The notes under the pieces are model-generated. The model was given only the letters and a program-made list of their open reading frames with translations, searched no databases and was not told where the DNA came from. A program made the translations under genes and the position numbers. This document shows, piece after piece, positions 27,749-42,378 of a stretch of 64,000 nucleotides of DNA; the first letter of the stretch is position 1; the number at the start of each line of letters is the position of its first letter. The DNA is from Nemertoderma westbladi. Taxonomy: Eukaryota > Animalia > Xenacoelomorpha. The DNA lies in assembly GCA_032718475.1 (NCBI GenBank), contig JAUCBJ010005935.1, positions 62,001 through 126,000 on the forward strand. The letters are read 5' to 3'.

Positions 27749-28407
27749 TATGAAACCACTCATTCACCCAAAAACACCAATAATAAATTAAAAACTAAAT
27801 AAATTAAAATATGTAATATTTGATTGAAAAATTCACAATACCTGTAAGTACGAATTATTACAGCTACGATTTATATTTTATTTCCTTAAATTTCATTAAA
27901 GTCCATAGAAAATTATTAAAATTTTAAAATTATAATAGAAATGACGACAAGTAATGATAATAAAATTGAATGAAATTTTATTGGCATTGTAATAGTATTA
28001 AGTATTTTATTCAGTTAATATATAATATAATACTAATATAAAGAATTCGATTATCACTGTTTTTTTCCACTTTTCTTATAAAATACATATATATAGTTTA
28101 GGTCATGATACAGTACTGACATATATTAGTTATCACTTATCAGTGTAAATATATACACTGTTCATTTTATGTGGTGCCTTCGCGCAGTCTAATCACTTTT
28201 ACCCCTAGCGGTAGACTCTGAAAGTCTTTCAAATATATCACTTTTAGTCCTAGTAATGCCTACAAATTTTAAATTTGTTAGTTTTAGATCCGACAGAGTT
28301 ATTATCCAGTAAAAATCGTAAGGACGACATGACAATAACAAAATGTTGTTGTTGGTGTTGTTCATAGGTGATTGGGCGCAAGATACAAACTGCTAATGTC
28401 TACGAAC

Positions 28408-28546
28408 CTGAGCATGATGCTAGTGATGTCAGAGAACCAGTTGTGGCGCAAGGAACAAACTGAGGCCTTTGGTCGTTCTCATCGACTATATTTACCGTCA
28501 ACGTAGCTGTGCTCGTCAAGGAATTGGCACTGATCTTCGGGTTATC
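28408..28546 (-). CDS. Cadherin exon 5
   Basis: tacag|DNPKISANSLTSTATLTVNIVDENDQRPQFVPCATTGSLTSLASCS g|gttcg; phases 0/1. Confidence 0.9.
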
Positions 28547-28778
28547 CTGTAGAGAAATATTAGAACCAATAGATTTCATCTGTGTCCATATTTGTTTTAT
28601 ATATATAGACGTTTGTTTCATATATATTACGTATATATATGCGGATATATCAGTATTTATGACAATAAATAATTGCAATTAACGATAACCGTATAAATAG
28701 TATTAATTATTGAACTAGTAATAAGTATACGGTATTTCCGTAAATCAGGTAGTTTAATTAGTTGCCATGGCGGCTTAC

Positions 28779-29102
28779 CTTGGCCTCAATCGTAATCTTA
28801 TACAGCGAAGTTTTCTCATAATCCGGAGAATTGGGTTCGACCAATTTAATCACACCAGTTTCGGAATCAATCGAGAAAAAATTCGGTTCGTCATTTCCGG
28901 CGTTGTCCTTTACCGCGGTAATGGAGTATGTAACCTCATTGTTAGGAGATGTAGCATCATTGTCTGTAGCCTGAACTGTAAAGACCTGCGTGAGGATGGT
29001 GGGGTCGGCGTTCTCCGGTAGATTAGTCTCGTAGGGGGTCCCAATGAATACCGGTTCATTGTCGTTCACATCAAGTAGATGGAACCGGATAATATATTCT
29101 AG
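28779..29102 (-). CDS. Cadherin exon 4
   Basis: cacag|LEYIIRFHLLDVNDNEPVF...LPENADP...VQATDND...FFSIDSETGVIKL...PDYEK...IEAK|gtaag; canonical EC domain. Confidence 0.96.
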
Positions 29103-29146
29103 CTGTGAAAAAATAAAAGGGCAGTAAAATATGTGTTTAAACTTCT

Positions 29147-32100
29147 GCATTCTTTATTGCTACAGTACCTGCTGGTCTGATTAGAGATTTGAGATATAAT
29201 ACTGCATTGTTGCTACAGTACCTGCTGGTTCGATTCTAGATTGGTGATATAATGCTGCATTGCTGCTACAGTACCGGCTGTGCGATTGGAGATTTGTGTT
29301 ATAAATCTGAATTGTTGCTACCGTACCTGTTGGTCCGATTGGAGATTAGTTATATAATGCTGCATTGTTGCTACCGTACCTGCTGGTCCGATTGGAAATT
29401 AGTGATATAAAGCGGATCAGCAGATATGGTAGCAACAATGTATTGTTGCTACCATATCTGCTGATCCGATTGGAGATTAGTAATATAAGGCTGCATTGTT
29501 GCTACAGTTCCTGCTGGTTCGATTGGAGATTACTGATATAAAGCTACATGTGGAAGCGCTATCGGCGCCCGGTCCCGGATCCACGGCCACGCACTATCCC
29601 GCTCGAGGGGTGAGCTGGAGAAGACTGAAGTGAAACTAGCTGCAGTATACCAGTATATTGTGTATTGAGATACATGAATAACAAATAATGATATGATACA
29701 ATCAGACAATGAAACTAATAACGAACTACCTACAAAACATGACTGACAACCCTACACCGGTAAGTCATCTCAATAACTAAACTGAATGATAACTGCTCAC
29801 TGCGCCCTGCCCCCAGGACTATATCCCTGACAGCTACCGTACAACCAGCTGTTCACACCCTAGGTGCTAACAAGATACTACTATATTATACCTACTTAAC
29901 CTATACAATACATACTAATCAGTCCAATTATACACCATCCCATAATACAATATCACATCCCCCCTTCTTAAAAAAAACTCGCCCACGAGTTTCTAGAACG
30001 CACAAACTACAAACCCCAAGTCTAATGACTACATCGACAAGTAAAGTCTACCTCAACGGCAGTATAGATACTGTATATGAAGCACGATACCAACAATACA
30101 TTCAACTAGCCTAAGGCCAATAATATCTAAATCGAAATTTCGTGCTGCATGTATCGTAAGCCAGTATGACTAAAGAATAACACGTACAACTCAATGAGTA
30201 ACCAAATAACACTATATCAAGCATATTGCAATCTATAAATCGCACCGTAAGTAACCGACCATAGTACAATCCATAAAATGTGTCACTGCCACAATAAATA
30301 AAGGCTATATAAGTAAATAATTAATACGTGTATCTATCACATGAAAATGTATCCATACAGTATCTATCATAAACATGTATCCATCCATACAGTATCTATC
30401 TATCCGTATCTTATGTAATAATAATACGTAATGACGTAACAAAAATATACAAAAAAATATATATGTTGGAGTTATGTACATAAGGTAAATAATAATACAT
30501 ACAGAATAGAGAATACTCTACAAAATGTACATAACTGAGGCACAAAATATCTCGTGGGCGAATAACGGGTGAGAGCCGAGCAATGGAACGGAATTTAAAA
30601 AAAATCACAATATCTAAATAATTCAGGATAACAATTTTTTTTCCAAACAAAAGTTATTCATTGTTAATAAATGCAATTTATCTATGTAGCCATGGTAACC
30701 AGCAAACAGTCAAGTCACATCGACTACGTCTCTATAATTTGCGTCAACGGTCAACAGTCGCTATCGTCACCGTCGTAGTCGTCCCCACTGTCATTCCCCC
30801 TACCTGTATCATCTCCCGTGGAGTTACTTTCTTCCCTATAGTATGGTTTTAAGTCCTTCACATTTACAATAATAAGTCGAGAACGTGGATTTGGTTTTCC
30901 CGATTTTCCCAACAGTTTAATGGCATAACTTGATTTACCAACCTGATCAACAATAGCATAAGGACCCCTAAACCTGAAGCTCAGCTTCGTATTCTTACCT
31001 TTGGTCGTCCTATCATAGTATAATACAGACTGCCCCTTAGTGTAGGTTCGAATGTTACTGCGTTGGCGCTTCCCCAGCTTACCGTCGTGGTATTGTTTCT
31101 GTTTAACCTGTGTAAGCCTAAGAGCTTCCCTGGCTATCCCATGGGCCCGCTCCAAACGAAACCTTAATTCGTCTGCGAATGTTGCTTCATCTGCTAGCAA
31201 GCTGTACGGCCGGGCTATCTGCGTGTCTACTTGTGTTGTCGCCTGTCGCCCATACATTAAAGAGTGTTCCTACCTAATCTGCTGGTCCGATTCTAGATTG
31301 GTGATATAATGCTGCATTGTTGCTACAATACCGGCTGGTTCGATTGGAGATTGGTGATATAATGCTGCATTGTTGCTACAGTATCTGCTGGACCGATTCT
31401 AGATTGGTGATATAATGGTGCATTGTTGCTACAGTAACGGCTGGTTCGATTGGAGATTGGTGATATAATGCTGCATTGTTGCTAAAGTATCTGCTGGCCC
31501 GATTGGAAATTAGTAATATAAGGCTGCATTGTTGCTACCGTACGTGCTGGTCCGATTGGAGATTAGTGATCTAAAGCTACATTGTTGCTACGGTATCTGC
31601 TGGTCCGGTTCTAGATTGGTAATATAATGCTGCATTGTTGCTACAGTAACGGCTGGCCCGATTGGAAATTAGTAATATAAGGCTGCATTGTTGCTACCGT
31701 ACGTGCTGGTCCGATTGGAGATTAGTGATATAAAGCTACATTGTTGATACCGTATCTGCTGGTCCGGTTCTAGATTGGTAATATAATGCTGCATTGTTGC
31801 TACAATACCGGCTGGTTCGATTGGAGATTGGTGATATAATGCTGCATTGTTTCTACAGTACCGGCTGGTTCGTTTGGAGATTGGTGATATAATGCTGCAT
31901 TTTTGCTACAGTATCTTATGGTTTGATTGGATATTGGTGATATAATGCTGCATTTTTGCTACAGTATCTTATGGTTCGATTGGATATTGGTGATATAATG
32001 CTGTATTGTTGCTACAGTATCCGCTGGCCCGATTGGAAATTAGTAATATAAGGCTGCATTGTTGCTACCGTACGTGCTGGTCCGATTGGAGATTAGTGAT

Positions 32101-35100
32101 ATAAAGCTACATTGTTGATACCGTATCTTCTGGTCCGGTTCTAGATTGGTAATATAATGCTGCATTGTTACTACAATACCCGCTGGTTCGATTGGAGATT
32201 GGTGATATAATGCTGCATTGTTTCTACAGTACCGGCTGGTTTGATTGGAGATTTGTGATATAATGCTGCATTTTTGCTACAGTATCTTATGGTTCGATTG
32301 GATATTGGTGATATAATGCTGCATTTTGCTACAGTATCTTATGGTTCGATTGGATATTGGTGATATAATGCTGTATTGTTGCTACAGTATCTGCTGGCCC
32401 GATTGGAAATTAGTATTATAAGGCTGCATTGTTGCTACCGTACGTGCTGGTCCGATTGGAGATTAGTGATATAAAGCTACATTGTTGATACCGTATCTGC
32501 TGGTCAGGTTCTAGATTGGTAATATAATGCTGCATTGTTGCTACAATACCGGCTGGTTCGATTGGAGATTGGTGATATGATGCTGCATTGTTTCTACAGT
32601 ACCGGCTGGTTCGATTGGAGATTGGTGATATAATGCTGCATTGTTGCTACAGTATCTTCTGGCCCGATTGGAAATTAGTAATATAAGGCTGCATTGTTGC
32701 TATCGTATCTGCTGGTCCGGTTCTAGATTAGTAATATAATGCTGCATTGTTGCTACAGTAACGGCTGGTTCGATTGGAGATTGGTGATATAATGCTGCAT
32801 TGTTGCTACAGTATCTGCTGGCCCGATTGGAAATTAGTAATATAAGGCTGCATTGTTGCTACCGTACGTGCTGGTCCAATTGGAGATTAGTGATATAAAG
32901 CTACATTGTTGCTACCGTATCTGCTGGTCCGGTTCTAGATCGGTAATATAAGGCTGCATTGTTGCTACAGTAACTACTGGATCGATTGGAGATTAGTGAT
33001 ATAAAGCTACATTGTTGATACCGTATCTGCTGGTCCGGTTCTAGATCGGTAATATAATGCTGCATTGTTGCTACAATACCGGCTGGTTCGATTGGAGATT
33101 GGTGATATAATGCTGCATTTTTGCTACAGTATCTTATGGCTCGATTGGATATTGGTGATATAATGCTGCATTGTTTCTACAGTACCGGCTGGTTGGATTG
33201 GAGATTGGTGATATAATGCTGCATTATTTCTACAGTACCGGCTGGTTCGATTGGAGATTGGTGATATAAAGCTGCATTTTTGCTACAGTATCTTATGGTT
33301 CGATTGGATATTGGTGATATAATGCTGCATTTCTACAGTACCGGCTGGTTCGATTGGAGATTGGTGATATAATGCTGCATTGTTGCTACAGTATCTGCTG
33401 GCCCGATTGGAAATTAGTAATATAAGGCTGCATTGTTGCTATCGTATCTGCTGGTCCGGTTCTAGATTGGTAATATAATGCTGCATTGTTGCTACAGTAA
33501 CGGCTGGTTCGATTGGAAATTGGTGATATAATGCTGCATTGTTGCTACAGTATCTGCTGGCCCGATTGGAAATTAGTAATATAAGGCTGCATTGTTGCTA
33601 CCGTACGTGCTGGTCCGATTGGAGATTAGTGATGTAAAGCTACATTGTTGCCACCGTATCTGCTGATCCGATTGGAGATTAGTAATATAAGGCTGCATTG
33701 TTGCTACAGTACCTGTTGGATCGATTGGAGATTAGTGATCTAAAGCTACATTGTTGCTACGGTATCTGCTGGTCCGGTTCTAGATTGGTAATATAAAGCT
33801 ACATTGTTGCTACCGTATCTGCTGGTCCAATTCTAGATTGGTGATATAATGCTGCATTGTTGCTACAGTAACGGCTGGTTCGATTGGAGATTGGTGATAT
33901 AATTCTGCATTGTTGCTACCGTACGTGCTGGTCCGATTGGAGATTAGTGATGTAAAGCTACATTGTTGCCACCGTATCTGCTGATCCGATTGGAGATTAG
34001 TAATATAAGGCTGCATTGTTGCTACAGTACCTGTTGGATCGATTGGAGATTAGTGATCTAAAGCTACATTGTTGCTACGGTATCTGCTGGTCCGGTTCTA
34101 GATTGGTAATATAAAGCTACATTGTTGCTACCGTATCTGCTGGTCCAATTCTAGATTGGTGATATAATGCTGCATTGTTGCTACAGTAACGGCTGGTTCG
34201 ATTGGAGATTGGTGATATAATTCTGCATTGTTGCTACCGTACGTGCTGGTCCGATTGGAGATTAGTGATGTAAAGCTACATTGTTGCCACCGTATCTGCT
34301 GATCCGATTGGAGATTAGTAATATAAGGCTGCATTGTTGCTACAGTACCTGTTGGATCGATTGGAGATTAGTGATCTAAAGCTACATTGTTGCTACGGTA
34401 TCTGCTGGTCCGGTTCTAGATTGGTAATATAATGCTGCATTGTTGCTACCGTACGTGCTGGTCCGATTGGAGATTAGTGATGTAAAGCTACATTGTTGCC
34501 ACCGTATCTGCTGATCCGATTGGAGATTAGTAATATAAGGCTGCATTGTTGCTACAGTACCTGTTGGATCGATTGGAGATTAGTGATCTAAAGCTACATT
34601 GTTGCTACGGTATCTGCTGGTCCGGTTCTAGATTGGTAATATAAAGCTACATTGTTGCTACCGTATCTGCTGGTCCAATTCTAGATTGGTGATATAATGC
34701 TGCATTGTTGCTACAGTAACGGCTGGTTCGATTGGAGATTGGTGATATAATTCTGCATTGTTGCTACCGTACGTGCTGGTCCGATTGGAGATTAGTGATG
34801 TAAAGCTACATTGTTGCCACCGTATCTGCTGATCCGATTGGAGATTAGTAATATAAGGCTGCATTGTTTCTACAGTACCTGTTGGATCGATTGGAGATTA
34901 GTGATCTAAAGCTACATTGTTGCTACGGTATCTGCTGGTCCGGTTCTAGATTGGTAATATAAAGCTACATTGTTGCTACCGTATCTGCTGGTCCAATTCT
35001 AGATTGGTGATATAATGCTGCATTGTTGCTACAGTAACGGCTGGTTCGATTGGAGATTGGTGATATAATTCTGCATTGTTGCTACAGTATCTGCTGGCCC

Positions 35101-38100
35101 GATTGGAAATTAGTAATATAAGGCTGCATTGTTGCTATCGTATCTGCTGATCCGGTTCTAGATCGGTAATATAAGGCTGCATTGTTGCTACAGTACCTGC
35201 TGGATCGATTGGAGATTAGTGATATAAAGCTACATTGTTGACACCGTATCTGCTGGTCCGGTTCTAGATTGGTAATATAATGCTGCATTGTTTCTACAGT
35301 ACCGGCTGGTCCGATTGGAGATTAGTGATATAAAGCTACATTGTTGCTACCGTATCTGCTGGTCCGGTTCTAGATCGGTAATATAATGCTGCATTGTTGC
35401 TACAATACCGGCTGGTTCGATTGGAGATTGGTGATATAATGCTGCGGTTCGATTGGAGATTGGTGATATAATGCTGCATTGTTGCTACAGTATCTGCTGG
35501 CCCGATTGGAAATTAGTAATATAAGGCTGCATTGTTGCTATCGTATCTGCTGGTCCGGTTCTGGATCGGTAATATAATGCTGCATTGTTGCTACAATACC
35601 GGCTGGTTGGATTGGAGATTGGTGATATAATGCTGCATTATTTCTACAGTACCGGCTGGTTCGATTGGAGATTGGTGATATAAAGCTGCATTTTTGCTAC
35701 AGTATCTTATGGTTCGATTGGATATTGGTGATATAATGCTGCATTTCTACAGTACCGGCTGGTTCGATTGGAGATTGGTGATATAATGCTGCATTGTTGC
35801 TACAATACCGGCTGGTTCGATTGGAGATTGGTGATATGATGCTGCATTGTTTCTACAGTACCGGCTGGTTCGATTGGAGATTGGTGATATAATGCTGCAT
35901 TGTTGCTACAGTATCTTCTGTCCCGATTGGAAATTAGTAATATAAGGCTGCATTGTTGCTATCGTATCTGCTGGTCCGGTTCTAGATTAGTAATATAATG
36001 CTGCATTGTTGCTACAGTAACGGCTGGTTCGATTGGAGATTGGTGATATAATGCTGCATTGTTGCTACAGTATCTGCTGGCCCGATTGGAAATTAGTAAT
36101 ATAAGGCTGCATTGTTGCTACCGTACGTGCTGGTCCAATTGGAGATTAGTGATGTAAGGCTGCATTGTTGCTACAGTACCTGCTGGATCGATTGGAGATT
36201 AGTGATATAAAGCTACATTGTTGCTACCGTATCTGCTGGTCCGGTTCTAGATCGGTAATATAAGGCTGCATTGTTGCTACAGTAACTACTGGATCGATTG
36301 GAGATTAGTGATATAAAGCTACATTGTTGATACCGTATCTGCTGGTCCGGTTCTAGATCGGTAATATAATGCTGCATTGTTGCTACAATACCGGCTGGTT
36401 CGATTGGAGATTGGTGATATAATGCTGCATTTTTGCTACAGTATCTTATGGTTCGATTGGATATTGGTGATATAATGCTGCATTGTTTCTACAGTACCGG
36501 CTGGTTGGATTGGAGATTGGTGATATAATGCTGCATTATTTCTACAGTAGCGGCTGGTTCGATTGGAGATTGGTGATATAAAGCTGCATTTTTGCTACAG
36601 TATCTTATGGTTCGATTGGATATTGGTGATATAATGCTGCATTTCTACAGTACCGGCTGGTTCGATTGGAGATTGGTGATATAATGCTGCATTGTTGCTA
36701 CAGTATCTGCTGGCCCGATTGGAAATTAGTAATATAAGGCTGCATTGTTGCTATCGTATCTGCTGGTCCGGTTCTAGATTGGTAATATAATGCTGCATTG
36801 TTGCTACAGTAACGGCTGGTTCGATTGGAAATTGGTGATATAATGCTGCATTGTTGCTACAGTATCTGCTGGCCCGATTGGAAATTAGTAATATAAGGCT
36901 GCATTGTTGCTACCGTACGTGCTGGTCCGATTGGAGATTAGTGATGTAAAGCTACATTGTTGCCACCGTATCTGCTGATCCGATTGGAGATTAGTAATAT
37001 AAGGCTGCATTGTTGCTACAGTACCTGTTGGATCGATTGGAGATTAGTGATGTAAAGCTACATTGTTGCTACAGTATCTGCTGGCCCGATTGGAAATTAG
37101 TAATATAAGGCTGCATTGTTGCTACCGTACGTGCTGGTCCGATTGGAGATTAGTGATGTAAAGCTACATTGTTGCCACCGTATCTGCTGATCCGATTGGA
37201 GATTAGTAATATAAGGCTGCATTGTTGCTACAGTACCTGTTGGATCGATTGGAGATTAGTGACCTAAAGCTACATTGTTGCTACCGTATCTGCTGGTCCA
37301 ATTCTAGATTGGTGATATAATGCTGCATTGTTGCTACAGTAACGGCTGGTTCGATTGGAGATTGGTGATATAATTCTGCATTGTTGCTACAGTATCTGCT
37401 GGCCCGATTGGAAATTAGTAATATAAGGCTGCATTGTTGCTATCGTATCTGCTGATCCGGTTCTAGATCGGTAATATAAGGCTGCATTGTTGCTACTGTA
37501 CCTGCTGGATCGATTGGAGATTAGTGATATAAAGCTACATTGTTGACACCGTATCTGCTGGTCCGGTTCTAGATTGGTAATATAATGCTGCATTGTTTCT
37601 ACAGTACCGGCTGGTCCGATTGGAGATTAGTGATATAAAGCTACATTGTTGCTACCGTATCTGCTGGTCCGGTTCTAGATCGGTAATATAATGCTGCATT
37701 GTTGCTACAATACCGGCTGGTTCGATTGGAGATTGGTGATATAATGCTGCATTTTTGCTACAGTACCGGCTGGTTCGATTGGAGATTGGTGATATAATGC
37801 TGCATTGTTGCTACAGTATCTGCTGGCCCGATTGGAAATTAGTAATATAAGGCTGCATTGTTGCTATCGTATCTGCTGGTCCGGTTCTGGATCGGTAATA
37901 TAATGCTGCATTGTTGCTACAATACCGGCTGGTTGGATTGGAGATTGGTGATATAATGCTGCATTATTTCTACAGTACCGGCTGGTTCGATTGGAGATTG
38001 GTGATATAAAGCTGCATTTTTGCTACAGTATCTTATGGTTCGATTGGATATTGGTGATATAATGCTGCATTTCTACAGTACCGGCTGGTTCGATTGGAGA

Positions 38101-40790
38101 TTGGTGATATAATGCTGCATTGTTGCTACAGTATCTGCTGGACCGATTGGAAATTAGTAATATAAGGCTGCATTGTTGCTATCGTATCTGCTGGTCCGGT
38201 TCTAGATTGGTGATATAATGCTGCATTGTTGCTACAGTAACGGCTGGTTCGATTGAAGATTGGTGATATAATGCTGCATTGTTGCTACAGTATCTGCTGG
38301 CCCGATTGGAAATAAGTAATATAAGGCTGCATTGTTACTACCGTACGTGCTGGTCCGATTGGAGATTAGTGATGTAAAGCTACATTGTTGCCACCGTATC
38401 TGCTGATCCGATTGGAGATTAGTAATATAAGGCTGCATTGTTACTACAGTACCTGCTGGATCGATTGGAGATTAGTGATCTAAAGCTACATTGTTGCTAC
38501 CGTATCTGCTGATCCGATTCTAGATTGGTGATATAATGCTGCATTGTTGCTACAGTAACGGCTGGTTCGATTGGAGATTGGTGATATAATGCTGCATTGT
38601 TGCTACAGTATCTGCTGGCCCGATTGGAAATTAGTAATATAAGGCTGCATTGTTGCTACCGTACGTGCTGGTCCGATTGGAGATTAGTGATATAATGCTA
38701 CATTGTTGATACCGTATCTGCTGGTCCGGTTCTAGATTGGTAATATAATGCTGCATTGTTGCTACAATACCGGCTGGTTCGATTGGAGATTGGTGATATA
38801 ATGCTGTATTGTTTCTACAGCACCGGCTGGTTCGATTGGAGATTGGTGATATAATGCTGCATTTTTGCTACAGTATCTTATGGTTCGATTGGATATTGGT
38901 GATATAATGCTGCATTGTTTCTACAGTACCGGATGGTCCGATTGGAGATTAGTGATATAAAGCTACATTGTTGCTACCGTATCTGCTGGTCCGGTTCTAG
39001 ATCGGTAATATAATGCTGCATTGTTGCTACAATACCGGCTGGTTCGATTGGAGATTGGTGATATAATGCTGCATTTTTGCTACAGTATCTTATGGTTCGA
39101 TTGGATATTGGTGATATAATGCTGCATTGTTTCTACAGTACCGGCTGGTTCGATTGGAGATTGGTGATATAATGCTGCATTGTTGCTACAGTATCTGCTG
39201 GCCCGATTGGAAATTAGTAATATAAGGCTGCATTGTTGCTATCGTATCTGCTGGTCCAGTTCTAGATTGGTAATATAATGCTGCATTGTTGCTACAATAC
39301 CGGCTGGTTGGATTGGAGATTGGTGATATAATGCTGCATTTTTTCTACAGTACCGGCTGGTTCGATTGGAGATTGGTGATATAATGCTGCATTTTTGCTA
39401 CAGTATCTTATGGTTCGATTGGATATTGATGATATAATGCTGCATTGTTTCTACAGTACCGGCTGGTTCGATTGGAGATTGGTGATATAATGCTGCATTG
39501 TTGCTACAGTACCGGCTGGTCCGATTGGAGATTAGTGATATAAAGCTACATTGTTGCTACCGTATCTGCTGGTCCGGTTCTAGGTCGGTAATATAATGCT
39601 GCATTGTTGCTACAATATCGGCTGGTTCGATTGGAGATTGGTGATATAATGCTGCATTGTTTCTACAGTACCGGCTGGTTCGATTGGAGATTGGTGATAT
39701 AATGCTGCATTGTTGCTACAGTATCTGCTGGCCCGATTGGAAATTAGTAATATAAGGCTGCATTGTTGCTATCGTATCTGCTGGTCCGGTTCTAGATTGG
39801 TAATATAATGCTGTATTGTTGCTACAATACCGGCTGGTTGGATTGGAGATTGGTGATATAATGCTGCATTGTTTCTACAGTATCTGCTGGCCCGATTGGA
39901 AATTAGTAATATTACGCTGCATTGTTGCTACCGTATCTTCTGGTCCGGTTCTAGATTGGTAATATAATGCTGCATTGTTGCTACAATACCAGCTGGTTCG
40001 ATTGCAGATTGGTGATATAATGCTGCATTGTTTCTACAGTACCGGCTGGTTCGAATGGAGATTGGTGATATAATGCTGCATTTTTGTTACAGTATCTTAT
40101 GGTTCGATTGGATATTGGTGATATAATGCTGCATTGTTTCTACAGTACCGGCTGGTTCGATTGGAGTTTGGTGATATAATGCTGCATTGTTGCTACAGTA
40201 TCTGCTGGCCCGATTGGAAATTAGTAATATAAGGCTGCATTGTTGCTATCGTATCTGCTGTCCGGTTCTAGATTGGTGATATAATACTGCATTGTTGCTA
40301 AAGCAGTACCTGCTGGTTCGATTGGAGATTAGTGAGATAAAGCTGCATTGTTGCTACCGTACGTGCTGGTCCGATTGGAGATTAGTAATATAATGCTGCA
40401 TTGCTGCTACTGTACGTGCTGGTCCGATTGGAGATTAGTGATATAAAGCTGAATTGTTGTTACAGTACCTGCTGGTTCGATTGGAAATTATATAGTTATA
40501 TAAAGCTGCATTGTTGCTACCGTACGTGTTGGTCCGATTGGAGATTAGTAATATAATGCTGCATTGCTGCTACTGTACGTGCTGGTCCGATTGGAGATTA
40601 GTGATATAAAGCTGAATTGTTGTTACAGTACCTGCTGGTTCGATTGGAAATTATATAGTTATATAAAGCTGCATTGTTGCTACCGTACGTGTTGGTCCGA
40701 TTGGAGATTAGTGATATAAAGCTGCATTGTTGCTACCGTACCTGCTGGTTCGATTGGAGATTGGTGCATATGAGCTTCATTGTTGCAGTC
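29147..40790. repeat. 53-bp intronic satellite, roughly 185 copies, interrupted at 29549-31268
   Basis: Unit gattggagattggtgatataatgctgcattgttgctacagtaccggctggttc and variants; local higher-order repeats, e.g. 318 bp between identical ORFs at 33810 and 34128. Copy number estimated from length. Confidence 0.97.
29549..31268 (-). mobile_element. 3' remnant of a Ty3/Gypsy LTR retrotransposon (integrase C-terminus, PPT, 3' LTR)
   Basis: ORF 30751-31257 has LMYGR... and the GPY/F motif KLSFRFRGPYAIV. Minus-strand PPT aagaagggggga (29958-29969) directly precedes a TGTG...CACA-bounded 409-bp LTR (29549-29957). Confidence 0.85.
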
Positions 40791-40861
40791 GGAGGTACCG
40801 CTTCACGGTCCGGGGCCTTGAACATTTCGATCCGTTGTTCTCCAGCCTTTATTCGAATGTG
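40742..40861 (-). CDS. Cadherin exon 3 (EC1, C-terminal half)
   Basis: ttgcag|HIRIKAGEQRIEMFKAPDREAVPPTATMKLICTNLQSNQQ|gtacgg; DRE motif; joins exon 4 in phase 0. Confidence 0.87.
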
Positions 40862-41446
40862 CTGCAATAAATAAATAATCATTAAATTAAAGAGGTGCCA
40901 AAATATTACAAACCAATCAATACCGGTATATGATCTGATAAATATTATCGTTTAGTCGTATCATGCATTGCAATGGCCTTCATTTCAAAGGAAACAAAAT
41001 ATTGAAAGTATTTTAGATTTCTGTAAGAAACACTGAATATTAAATATACACGGAAAAACAAATGTATCACACCCTAAAACAGTTCAGAGTATTTCTGAAA
41101 GCCCAAAAACTATCTTTGGACGATAAAATTAGTGAAACTCATCCAGCCGCTGCTGGTTTCAAAGCATCACAGCGCGCAAAGAAACGGAAACTTATGTTAT
41201 GAGATTCTCCGTGGTATTACTAGTACAGGCCTACACCGATTCCGGAAACCTGGCGCCACTATCACTATAACGCTATTTCAGCTCCAACTTGTCACAACTT
41301 TTGCCACAAGCAGGGCAGGTATCTTTCTACAATCAACCTGATGCTAATACTGTACGTGTACATGGCTATTCGAAACAAGATACCGACGGTTATCAAGTAT
41401 GTAGTAGAACAGTAGGTACTTTAAAACATAGGAGTTACGTCCATAG

Positions 41447-42291
41447 TAAGACACGAAGTGGGGCCTTCGCGCAGCACGTGACTTAATTATACTTAGTTAT
41501 ACATTTCGCCCTCTAGCGGCAGACTGGAGGACTCCAGACCGTTTACTGCCCACCAAAGACTCAGGCCGACTTCTACTACATATCTGCTACGTTTCAGCTT
41601 GAACGGATCATAAATAACGAGATGGGAGAAAGATTTCACTTTCAAACATTTCGCCCTCTAGCGGCAGACTGAAGAACTGCACACGGATTAGCCTTCAATT
41701 CAATTCAATTCAATTCCTTCTTTCAAAGTCACAGCTAATGGTCTAGTACATATCTGCCAAATTTCAGCATAAATGGATTAAAAGCAAAGAAATGGGAGGA
41801 CATTTAACGTTTAGACATGTGGCCCTCTAGCAGGAGACTATTGCTCTGATGGTGTCTGAAAGTCTCTCAAACGTCTCAACTTTAGCTCATATTGATACCT
41901 ACAAATTTTCAACTTGGCAGCTTTAAATCCGACAAAGTTATTAGCATGTCAAAATCGTAACGACGACAACGATTTCACTTTCAGACCTTTGGCCCTCTAG
42001 CGGCAGACTGGAGAACTGCAGATGGATTCGCCTCCTTTGAAAGTCACAGCTAATGGTCTAATACATATCTGCCAAGTTTCAGCTTAAACGGATTAAAAGC
42101 AAATAAATGGGAGGGCATTTAATGTTTAGACATGTGGCCCTCTAGCGGGAGACCATTGCACTGATGGTGTCTGAAAGTCTCTCAAAAATCTCAACTTTTG
42201 CTCATATTGATACCTACAAATTTTCAACTTGGCAGCTTTAAATCCGACAAAGTTATTAGCATGTCAAAATCGTAACGACGACGACGACGAC

Positions 42292-42378
<87 letters not shown>

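Noticed and set aside
33810-38438. 68-aa minus-strand ORFs in the 53-bp satellite
   Set aside because: Chance frames in a repeat whose length is not a multiple of 3.
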